NCBI GenBank assembly: GCA_963775425.1
Contig: CAVZJB010000016.1
Location: 640,001-704,000 of the forward strand
From: an uncultured delta proteobacterium
GTDB taxonomy: Bacteria; Myxococcota; UBA727; VGSZ01
Direction: 5' to 3'
DNA: 64,000 nucleotides
The notes under the pieces were generated by a model that saw only the letters and a program-made list of their open reading frames with translations, made no database searches and was not told the origin of the DNA. Shown piece by piece: positions 37,974-46,525 of the stretch; the first letter of the stretch is position 1; the number at the start of each line of letters is the position of its first letter. A program made the position numbers and the translations under genes.

Positions 37974-38786
37974 CTACTTCAGGATGGGCAGCGATGCCTT
38001 CGAGGGGTCGGCGTCGAGGACGCAGAGGAAGGTGCCGCCGATGGGCTCGCACTTGGTCGGGAAGTCGGGGCTGATGCCCGAGCCGACGGCGATGCCCTTG
38101 TCGGGGATGGCCACCGGGCTGCAGAAGTCCTCGTTGGCGATGAGGTTGCCGTCGGCGTCCTCGTCGCTGCAGTCCACCGCCGGGAACAGCGCGAGCACAT
38201 CGTACTCGGCGCTGCAGCCGGCGACGTTGTCGGTGATCTTGTAGTGGGCCTTCACCTGCGTGCCCTCCGCGGCCGCCGTCACGTAGACGCCGACGTCGTT
38301 CCAGTCCTCCTGGATGTCGACGGCGTCCTGGCCGGGGATGTCGTCCGTCGGGTCGTTGGGCGTCCCCGCGTCGTCGGCGGGGATGGCGTCGAGCACCTGG
38401 TGCGACGAGGCCAATGTGGGCGAGCAAATGTCGTTGGCGTCGGGGATGGCGGACTTGAAGGCGCCGAACGCGAAGGGGTTGTCACCCGAAGTGGTGTCCT
38501 TCACGGCGTTGGCCACCAACGAGCCGAGCGCGAGCGTGCGGATGGCCATCGACACCTTCGTGAGGTCCTCCGCCGTGCCTTCCTTGTTCTTCGGGCTGTA
38601 CGAGGACATGCCGAGCTGATCGCCGGCCATCCCCGAGCAGGGGCTGCCGTCGTCGGCGGTGGTCTGCGCGTACTTGGCCGCGTACGGCGCGAACGCCGAC
38701 ACCTGGCAACCCGGCGGCGGCTGCGAGCAGGCCGCGAGGGCGGCGACGGTGAGGACGGCGAGGAGGGAGAGGATGGTGGTCTTCAT
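37974..38786 (-). CDS. mlpA: MlpA-like Cys-rich lipoprotein
   Basis: LAAC lipobox; YAAKY, GTQ..GCSAEY..ALFPAVDC, GSGISPDF..C; directly downstream of an oar-like gene as in Myxococcus (recalled similarity). Confidence 0.7.
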   Translation of the reverse strand: MKTTILSLLAVLTVAALAACSQPPPGCQVSAFAPYAAKYAQTTADDGSPCSGMAGDQLGMSSYSPKNKEGTAEDLTKVSMAIRTLALGSLVANAVKDTTSGDNPFAFGAFKSAIPDANDICSPTLASSHQVLDAIPADDAGTPNDPTDDIPGQDAVDIQEDWNDVGVYVTAAAEGTQVKAHYKITDNVAGCSAEYDVLALFPAVDCSDEDADGNLIANEDFCSPVAIPDKGIAVGSGISPDFPTKCEPIGGTFLCVLDADPSKASLPILK

Positions 38787-38797
38787 GGGTGTCCTCC

Positions 38798-41700
38798 TCA
38801 AAACGACCAGCGAGCGCCGAGGCTCACGGTGCGGGGCGCCTGGAACTGCAACGGCTGGCCGAAGTTGGGGTTCTTGTCGACCGGGTCGAAGCTCGTGTTG
38901 TCCGCGTTCTTCAGCTTGCTCAGGTCCTTCCTGGTGCACGAGTCCTGCACGCCCTTCTGGCAGTTGATGAGCGGGTTGACGTCGGCGGCGGTGAACTCCT
39001 CGTCGAGCAGGATGGGCGACTGGAAGTTGAAGATGTTGAACACGTCGAGCGTGAGCTCCACCGCTTGCCCTTTGAACGGGCTGAAGGTGAAGCCGACCTT
39101 CCCGTCGAGGGAGAACGAGGGCGGGAGGCGATCGCCGCTGCCGCGGGGGAGGATGAAGACCTCCTTGCCGCCGTACACCGGGTGGCTGCCGAGGAGGTTC
39201 GAGGGCGCGCCCGACTGCGCGGAGCCGGCGGCGCCGACCGTGAAGTGCGTGTCGTACGCGGTCTGGAACTCGCGAGCGCCGAAGAACTTCACGGTGTGCG
39301 TGTGGTCGAACGGCAACGGGCCGTTGCGGTTGACGACGAGCGACTTCAAGTCGAAGTCGGAGTTGATGTTCGGATCGAGCTGCTCGGTCTCGGGCCGGAA
39401 GAGGCCCGCGTAGTTGCCGGTCAACGAGGAGAGCGTGTAGCTCGCCTCCGCCAGCCACTCGTCGCCCCACTGCTTGTAGAACTGCAGCGTGAGGGCGTCG
39501 TAGTTGCGCTGGGCGATGGGGAAGTCGCTAGCGATGCCGAAGCCGGGGTTGCCGATGAAGTAGGTGTTGGCCTCGTCGCGGCTCATGTCCTCGATGGTGC
39601 GCGTGCAGAGCGCGCCGCCGCCGACGCTCTCGGCGCCGTTCCACGGGCAGCCGATCCAGCGGCGGGTGTACGTGGCCGACACGCGGGCGTCCTTGAACAC
39701 CTCGGCCTCGGCGCCGAGCATGATCTCGTCGGACGCCGACGGCTGGATGTCCGGGTCGATGGGCGTGCGACCGGCGCCGACGATCAGGTACTTCTGGTTG
39801 GGCGCGCTCGGGTCGTTGATGACGAAGCGGTTGGCGTCGGTGCGGCAAGCGGAGTCCGCGCCGTTGAGCTGCTTGGGGTCGCGCGGGTCGCACGCCGAGG
39901 CGTCGTGCACGGCGATGGGCGAAGGCTCGGGCGTTCCCTGACGGTCGGCGATGTCGAGCGGGATGGTCTCGTAATAGCGCGCGTACGACCCGAAGATCTT
40001 GAGCTTGCCCGACTGCAGCGGGTCCACGATGACGCCGGCGCGCGGCGACAGCTCGTTGGGCATGGCGAGCGCGGTGACGTTGTCGCCGCCCTGGAGCCAC
40101 TCACCGTCGTAGCGCAGGCCGAGGTTCACGGTGAGCAGATCGTTCAAGCTCCACGAGTCCTGCAGGAAGCCTGCGACGAAGAAGTCGTGGGTGACGGCGT
40201 GCAGGGAGTCGAGGTGCACGACGTTGTTGGGATCGGTGTCCGGCCCGGTGAGGAAGCCGAAGCCGCGGTTGTCGGAGTAGCTGCTGCCGCTGGTGCTCTC
40301 CTTGAACAGGAGGCCGCCGCCGTACGCCTTGAGCTCGTCGTAGGCGCCGTAGCCGACCTCGGCGCCGGCCTTGAGCACGTGCAGGCCGAGGAAATCCGCG
40401 AGGTACGTGGTGACGTGGCGGAGCTGGACGAGGTTGAACTGCTGCTCCTCCATGATGCCGTTGCCGCCGAACTGGTACGACGTCACCGGGCACTCCGTGG
40501 CGTTGTCGGTGCCCGCGGGATCGCAGCCGGCGCTGTCCGGCACGACCTCGAAGTCCGTGATGGAGTGCGGGCCGGGGTTCGAGCGGCGGAAGAACACGCG
40601 CGGGATGGCCGCGAGGCCCTTGCCGGAGCCGATGGCGCTGCCGTCCGACGGCGTCTCGCCGCCGAGCTCGTTGTGGTAGCCGATGCTGGTGTCGAGCTTG
40701 AGCTTCTTGTTCAACAGCGACGACGTCCACTTCACCTCGGCGTCGACGGCGCCCGAGCGGCGGATGTGGGCGAGCGCGGGGAAGCTGCCCTCGAACTGGT
40801 TCTCGCCGATGCCCTGCTCGGGGCGGCCGGTGAGGGGATCGATGCTGAGCTTGCCGTTGCCGCCGGACACCGTGGGCGTGGCGAGCAAGGTGAAGCTCAG
40901 GCGGTTGTCCTCGTTGGCGAGCCAGGTGAGCTTGGCGATGGCCTGCAGGCCCGTGCCCTCGGCGAAGAAGTCCTTCCGGGTGCCCTGGATCTCGGTTCCG
41001 TCGCTCTTGAACAGGCGGCGGGTGACCTTGAAGGACTGCTGGTTGAGGTCCGCGCCGACGTAGTACCAGAGCGAGTCCGGCAGGATGGGGCCGCCGAGCT
41101 CGAAGCCGACGTCACCGACGTAGTTGAGGCTCGGCTGCACACGGATGGCCGAGCCGTTGTTGGCCGCGAGCTGGCGCTCACCCTCGAGGAAGCCGGGGGA
41201 GCCGTTGGCGAACACGGAGCCGTGGGTCTCGTTGCCGCCGCTCTTGGTGACGACGTTCAACAGGCCGCCCATGCTGCGCCCGTACTCGGGCATGTAGCCG
41301 CCGGTGATGACGCTGACCTCGTCGATGAACTCGAGCGAGAGGGGCGAGCCGAGGTAGCCGTAGCCCGTGTTGTTCACGCTGATGCCGTCGATGACGTACT
41401 GGTTCTCGACGGACGTGGCGCCGTTGACGCCGGCGCCGTAGACGTCGTCCTGGACCTGCGGCATGGCGTGCGCCGCCGCCTCGAACGAGCGCTGCGCGCC
41501 GCCGCGGCCGCCGGGCGCCACCAGAGGCACGCGGCGCGTGACGTCGCTGTTCAAGGTGCCGCCGCTCTGCGTGGAGCCGACGTCGACGACGGGCGCGGTG
41601 GCGACGACGCGCACCGTGTCCCCGGCGCCCGCCGACAGGGAGCTCGACGACTTGTAGATGACGGCGTCGTAGCGAAGGGTGGCGCCCGCGCGGAGCTTGA

Positions 41701-42010
41701 TGTCGCCGATGGGCTCGGCCGAGAAGCCCTCCTTGGTGAAGGCCAGGGCGTAGGAGCCGATGGGCAGCCCGTCGAGACGGAAGCGGCCCCGCCCGTCGGT
41801 GACCGCCGACTGCTTGCCCTGCATCGCGGGGCTTGTGGCGGTGACGGTGACGCCGGCGACGTCTTCGCCGGTGTCGCCGTCGACGACGTCGCCGATGATG
41901 ACGCCGTCGTTCATCTGTGCGTGCGCGGGCGCGGCGAAGCCCAACGCGAGCGCGAGCCCGAGTGGGAGAGCGAGCCCGGCGAGCGAGGCGAAGGACAGGC
42001 TGGTGCGCAT
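38798..42010 (-). CDS. oar: Oar-like TonB-dependent outer-membrane protein
   Basis: N-terminal carboxypeptidase-regulatory domain, ENQYVIDG, TGGYMPEYGRSMGG, TKSGGNE, C-terminal LGARWSF. Confidence 0.88.
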   Translation of the reverse strand: MRTSLSFASLAGLALPLGLALALGFAAPAHAQMNDGVIIGDVVDGDTGEDVAGVTVTATSPAMQGKQSAVTDGRGRFRLDGLPIGSYALAFTKEGFSAEPIGDIKLRAGATLRYDAVIYKSSSSLSAGAGDTVRVVATAPVVDVGSTQSGGTLNSDVTRRVPLVAPGGRGGAQRSFEAAAHAMPQVQDDVYGAGVNGATSVENQYVIDGISVNNTGYGYLGSPLSLEFIDEVSVITGGYMPEYGRSMGGLLNVVTKSGGNETHGSVFANGSPGFLEGERQLAANNGSAIRVQPSLNYVGDVGFELGGPILPDSLWYYVGADLNQQSFKVTRRLFKSDGTEIQGTRKDFFAEGTGLQAIAKLTWLANEDNRLSFTLLATPTVSGGNGKLSIDPLTGRPEQGIGENQFEGSFPALAHIRRSGAVDAEVKWTSSLLNKKLKLDTSIGYHNELGGETPSDGSAIGSGKGLAAIPRVFFRRSNPGPHSITDFEVVPDSAGCDPAGTDNATECPVTSYQFGGNGIMEEQQFNLVQLRHVTTYLADFLGLHVLKAGAEVGYGAYDELKAYGGGLLFKESTSGSSYSDNRGFGFLTGPDTDPNNVVHLDSLHAVTHDFFVAGFLQDSWSLNDLLTVNLGLRYDGEWLQGGDNVTALAMPNELSPRAGVIVDPLQSGKLKIFGSYARYYETIPLDIADRQGTPEPSPIAVHDASACDPRDPKQLNGADSACRTDANRFVINDPSAPNQKYLIVGAGRTPIDPDIQPSASDEIMLGAEAEVFKDARVSATYTRRWIGCPWNGAESVGGGALCTRTIEDMSRDEANTYFIGNPGFGIASDFPIAQRNYDALTLQFYKQWGDEWLAEASYTLSSLTGNYAGLFRPETEQLDPNINSDFDLKSLVVNRNGPLPFDHTHTVKFFGAREFQTAYDTHFTVGAAGSAQSGAPSNLLGSHPVYGGKEVFILPRGSGDRLPPSFSLDGKVGFTFSPFKGQAVELTLDVFNIFNFQSPILLDEEFTAADVNPLINCQKGVQDSCTRKDLSKLKNADNTSFDPVDKNPNFGQPLQFQAPRTVSLGARWSF

Positions 42011-42084
42011 GAAGCCCCCTGACGATGTGAGCGCGCCGGCTACACCGCTCGCGGACGCCGTTCAACCGGGGCTGTCAGGTCCTG

Positions 42085-44136
42085 TCAGTCTTCGAGCTGA
42101 CTGAGCGGGATGAGCTCAGGCTTCTTCACGCGGTAGGTCTTCTCGACGTGGCGGACCAACTCGTAGAAGGCCTGCTCGAACTGGCGGTCCTGGCGGGGCG
42201 CGCCCTCGAAGTCCGCGTAGAAGTTGCCCGTCCAACAGACTCCGGGCGGGCACTGGCCGTCCACCCAGATGACGATGGCGCGCTGGAGGTCCGTCTTTCC
42301 GTCGGCGATGCGATCCGTGCGCGCCGACTGCTTCATCGGCCCCCACAGCGCGAGGCCGGTGGCGGACATGTTCTGCGCGCTCATGCCCTGGCCGTGGAAG
42401 AAGTAGACGACGGGGTACCGCGTCTTGTGGGCCTCCGGCAGGAAGTAGTCCGGGGGGAGCATGACGGCGTAGACCTGATCATGGCCGAGCACGTCGCTGT
42501 GGTACGAGGACATCTGCGAGAAGTCGGTGAGGGTGCCGTTCGGTGACTCCATGTCCGAGATGTCGCCGCCGATGGCGACGTCGCGGCCCTCGGCCGGCAT
42601 GCGCGCCGACAGGAACGAAAACAGCGTGAAGAGGCGGTCGACCACCTGCGGGCCGACGTGGTTGCCGCTGCCCTGCACGTCGTCGCTGGAGGGGCAGATG
42701 GACGGGTCTCCGTAGCGCAGGTACGCCACCTGCCCCATCGCCTTGCGCGAGTAGTCGGCGTTCAGGTAGAGGTAGCTGCCCGTGATGCCGGGCAGGTTCT
42801 TGAAGTCGGTGAAGGACTGGGCGTCGGGCACGCGCTTTTGGACCTCGTCGAAGAGCGCGTTTTCGTTCTGGGCCGTGTTCAGGAAGTCGCGGATGCCGGC
42901 GTCCATCCAGATGTCGAGGCGCTTCACCTGCGCGTCGCTCATGTGGCGAAAGGTCTGGATGGGCGAGCGATCGAACGCGCGCTGGATGTGCGGCGCCACG
43001 GTGTACAGGCCGTCGCCCTCGCCGAGGTCGCCGGTGCCGGCGACGCCGTCGAGGCCGAAGTCCTCGAAGGCCTCGCCGTCGTCGTGCTTGAGGTTGCCCT
43101 CGGTGCCGTCGGGGTTGTCGAAGGGGTCGAAGTCGTCGTGGGCAGGGTCGGGGTTGGTGTCGGCGTTGAAGCCGGGCTCGTCGGCGTCGGCGAGGCCGTC
43201 GACGCCGAAGTCCTCGAAGCGCTCGTGGGCGTTGGCGAGCACCGGCTCGGCGTAGTCGCGCTTGCCGTTGCCGTTGATGTCGAGGGCGAGCCCGAAGTCC
43301 ATCACGTGGTTCTGGTGCCCCGGGTTCGTGGGATCGTAGTCACCCGAGCCGCCGCTGGTGCCGTCGCAGAACGTGATGGCGTCGTAGGTGCCGTCCGGGT
43401 TGTATTCCTTGTTGTAGAAGTTGTGCACGTGCACCGGGTTGCTGCACCGGTCGCCGATGTCGCCCTGCGGGTCCACGCGGAAGCTCGCCGGCACGCCCGG
43501 CGGCAGATACGCGTCGTCGGGGTTGTCGTACAGGAGGTTGCCGTAGATGGCGGTGAGGTCGGCGATGCTCTCGATGAACGTGTTGCGCGAGAACGATCCG
43601 CCGCGCCCCTCGTCGGGGCCCCGGTACCAGTGGTTGAAGTCCGAGCGGAACATGGCGCACTGGCTCCCCGGGGCGCTCACGAGGTACCCGGGCGTCACCT
43701 GGTCGGGGCCGTTCATGGGCCAACTGTCGTGGACGCCGCACCAGATGTCGGGGTTGCTGGCGTCGTCGAGGTCGACGCCGTCGGCGACGAGCTGCTCGAG
43801 CTTGTCCTTGGGGCAGAAGCCGGTGAGGTGGTTGGACTCGAGCATGCCGACGAAGAACTCGACGTCGGTGACGGGCCCGCCCATGTCCGCGACGATGTCG
43901 TACAGCTCCGGGTGGGCGAAGCCGATGCGGGCGGCGGTGCCGCCGCCCATGGAGACGCCGGCGACCGCGCGGTAGGTGAAGCAGCGGGCGTCGGGGTGGG
44001 CGGCGATGGTGGCCTCGTCGCAGGCGGCCACGCCCTCGCTCTCGCCGAATTTCACGTCGTCGGGCGCGGGCGTGTTCACACAAGCGGCTGCGCCGAGGAC
44101 GGCGGCGGTGAGGGCGGCAGCATGGACAAAGCGCAT
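42085..44136 (-). CDS. lipoprotein, alpha/beta-hydrolase (esterase) with acidic Ca-binding-like insertion, circularly permuted
   Basis: AAAC lipobox; GVSMGG near the N-terminus; LPPDY..YPVVYFFHGQG near the C-terminus; DINGNG. Confidence 0.82.
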   Translation of the reverse strand: MRFVHAAALTAAVLGAAACVNTPAPDDVKFGESEGVAACDEATIAAHPDARCFTYRAVAGVSMGGGTAARIGFAHPELYDIVADMGGPVTDVEFFVGMLESNHLTGFCPKDKLEQLVADGVDLDDASNPDIWCGVHDSWPMNGPDQVTPGYLVSAPGSQCAMFRSDFNHWYRGPDEGRGGSFSRNTFIESIADLTAIYGNLLYDNPDDAYLPPGVPASFRVDPQGDIGDRCSNPVHVHNFYNKEYNPDGTYDAITFCDGTSGGSGDYDPTNPGHQNHVMDFGLALDINGNGKRDYAEPVLANAHERFEDFGVDGLADADEPGFNADTNPDPAHDDFDPFDNPDGTEGNLKHDDGEAFEDFGLDGVAGTGDLGEGDGLYTVAPHIQRAFDRSPIQTFRHMSDAQVKRLDIWMDAGIRDFLNTAQNENALFDEVQKRVPDAQSFTDFKNLPGITGSYLYLNADYSRKAMGQVAYLRYGDPSICPSSDDVQGSGNHVGPQVVDRLFTLFSFLSARMPAEGRDVAIGGDISDMESPNGTLTDFSQMSSYHSDVLGHDQVYAVMLPPDYFLPEAHKTRYPVVYFFHGQGMSAQNMSATGLALWGPMKQSARTDRIADGKTDLQRAIVIWVDGQCPPGVCWTGNFYADFEGAPRQDRQFEQAFYELVRHVEKTYRVKKPELIPLSQLED

Positions 44137-44263
44137 GGAATTCCCCGGGGAAACGCCCGATGTCTAGTCCCGTCATCCCCGACGGTAAATCGGGGATCCC
44201 CCTTTCGCCGCCTCGCGTCACGCCCCCGTTGAGGGCGTCGCGGGGGCACGCTAGCGCTGCGCC

Positions 44264-45730
44264 ATGGCCGACGGGATGCCGACGAAGGCGGAGCTGAAGA
44301 AGAACCTGCGCGTGCTGCAGCAGCGGCTGCAGGAGCGGCCGATGGATCTGGACGCGCGCATGCGCGTCGCCCGCACGTATCGCTTGCTCCACCGCAGTGA
44401 AGACGCCGTCGCCCACTACGCCGCCGTCGCCCGCTACCTCTCGTTGGCCGGACACCCGCTGCAGGCCATCGCCGTGTTGAAGGAGCTCCTGCAGGTCGAT
44501 CCCAAGCACGAAGAGACGCTCCTGTTCCTCGCCAAGCTCTACGCGCGCACCCGCGCCGCCGACACCACCAACCGCGGGCGCGTGGCGGTGCCCATCCTCG
44601 ATCCCTCGGAGATGCAGGGCGGCCTCGAGACCCTCCACGAGGGGATCCCGCTCACCTCCACCGGCATCTGGCGCGCCATCTCGCCCGTCGCGGCGAGCAC
44701 GCTCGAGAAGCCCGCCGAGGTGCCCGTCGAACAGAGCGACGTCGTCGAGGAGACCGCGCTCGACCTCAAGCGGCGCTCGATGACGCAGGGCGAAGAGGAG
44801 CCCGAGATCATCGCCGACGTCGACTTCGGCGACGACTACGAGGTCATCGGCCAGATGACCACGGGTGACGTGCTGCTGCCGCAGGTGCCGCTGTTCTCCT
44901 CGTTGTCACCGGAGGCGTTCGTCCACCTCAGCCACTCGATGATGTTTCAGAAGGCCAAGGCGGGCTCGGTGATCTTCGAGGAGCGCCAGCCCGGGGACTC
45001 CTGCATCGTCATCGCCCGCGGGCGCGCGCTCGTCACGCGCGGAGACGGAAAGGGCGGCGCCGTCGACCTCATGCAACTGTCCGAGGGCGACATCGCCGGC
45101 GTGTTCGCGCTCATGGCGGCGCAGACGCGACAGGCGAGCCTGACCGCCGTCACCGACCTCGAGTACTTCGAGATCGACAGAGACGCCGTCGACGACCTCG
45201 TGCAGAAGCACCCCGCCATGAAGGCCACGCTGCAGCGCTTCTTTCGCGAGCGCCTGCTGTTGTCGCTCCTCGCATCGCTGCCGTTCTTTCAGAGCCTCGA
45301 GGCGTCGGCGCGGCAGGACATCGTCAAGCGCTTCAGTGACCGCGACTACGAGCCCGGCGACGAGCTGTTCTTCGAGGGCGCGGAGAACGACGGGCTGTGG
45401 GTCGTCCTCGAGGGGCGCGTCGGCGTCGGCAAGGAGAAGGAGGGCAAGATCGAGCCCATCCACGGCCTCGAGCTGCGCCCCGGCGACTACGTCGGCAGCC
45501 TCGCCCGCGTCGACACCGCGCAGACCGACCTCGGCGCCGTCGCCAAGACCGTCGCCAAGGTCGCGGTGCTGCCGCACAAGGCGTTCTCGGACATCCTCGA
45601 GCGCCACCTCACCGAGGACGGCGACATGGCCGTCGTCCGCGAGCGCTTCACCCGCGCCGGCGTCATGGTCGGCGAGCACGTCTTCGCCGGCAACGGCACC
45701 ATCAGCGGCCACCTCGTCGCCGTGCGCTGA
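44264..45730 (+). CDS. TPR plus two cyclic-nucleotide-binding domains
   Basis: N-terminal TPR; VPLFSSLS..VIFEERQPGDS; LPFFQSL..LFFEGAENDGLWVVLEG. Confidence 0.9.
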   Translation: MADGMPTKAELKKNLRVLQQRLQERPMDLDARMRVARTYRLLHRSEDAVAHYAAVARYLSLAGHPLQAIAVLKELLQVDPKHEETLLFLAKLYARTRAADTTNRGRVAVPILDPSEMQGGLETLHEGIPLTSTGIWRAISPVAASTLEKPAEVPVEQSDVVEETALDLKRRSMTQGEEEPEIIADVDFGDDYEVIGQMTTGDVLLPQVPLFSSLSPEAFVHLSHSMMFQKAKAGSVIFEERQPGDSCIVIARGRALVTRGDGKGGAVDLMQLSEGDIAGVFALMAAQTRQASLTAVTDLEYFEIDRDAVDDLVQKHPAMKATLQRFFRERLLLSLLASLPFFQSLEASARQDIVKRFSDRDYEPGDELFFEGAENDGLWVVLEGRVGVGKEKEGKIEPIHGLELRPGDYVGSLARVDTAQTDLGAVAKTVAKVAVLPHKAFSDILERHLTEDGDMAVVRERFTRAGVMVGEHVFAGNGTISGHLVAVR

Positions 45731-45731
45731 A

Positions 45732-46510
45732 AGGCTGACGAAAAACAAGGCTCGTAGCAGCACTCGGCGAAGCCGCCCACAAGGTGGCTCGCCGCGCGGA
45801 GTACGTGGCGAGGCACGTCGGCGCGCAAGAACCGCTGCAGGTTGTGAGGAAACGGCGGGTCCGAGCGGTGTTGTGATCCCGCTATCAGCGCACGTGGCGG
45901 GTTCGTGCGGGTCGTGTGCGCGCCGACGTGCCTCGATGCGACGTCGGCGCGGACTTCAGGCGGTGAGCTTCGCGAGGTTCTGCAGCAGGTTGAAGGCCAC
46001 GGCTGCCATCAGGGCGACCGTCGTCACCTTCGCTAGCCCCGTACGTAGAGCGTGTCGACGGCGTTGGCGTGCTCGGTGAGACCAGGGCGCGTGCGGTATC
46101 GCGCCTTCGCTGCGGCTCTTCATCCACGCCCTGTACGGGTCCAGCCGTGGATCAGGCTTCCGGTGCTTGCGGCGATCGCCGGCCCCGCGCGGCCGCGCTT
46201 GAGCTTCACCATGCAAGGTGATCAGCTCGAGCCGCACTTTGGCCCGCAAAGCTCGGTGAGTTGCGAGTGCTTGGGCGCTCGGAATCAGCGAAGGCTAGAC
46301 AACGTCGCCACCGCCGGAGCGGAAAGGAGCGGAGAGGTCGGCGCCCCGGCGCTCAACTCGGCGCGCGTCTTCGTCGCCGAGCTCGGAGCTCCTTTCCGCT
46401 CCGCCGTGTGGCCGTAGCACCGTCCCCTTCCGGGTGGCTCGGAGCCCTCGTCGCCACTCGCGGCGCTCTCGATGACGCGGATCCCGATGGATCACGTTAC
46501 GCGTCAGCCT
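45732..46510 (-). mobile_element. decayed IS element (IS1182-like transposase remnants) bounded by short inverted repeats
   Basis: AGGCTGACG at 45732 and CGTCAGCCT at 46502; frameshifted TEHANA..YVRG / GLAKVTTVALMAAVAFNL; second fragment HNLQRFLR; atypical codon use. Confidence 0.6.
46315..46403. repeat. long hairpin with perfect 16-bp inverted repeat
   Basis: CGGAGCGGAAAGGAGC ... GCTCCTTTCCGCTCCG with inner GAGGTCGGCG/CGCCGAGCTC. Confidence 0.85.
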
Positions 46511-46525
46511 CTATGAGCCGAGCGG

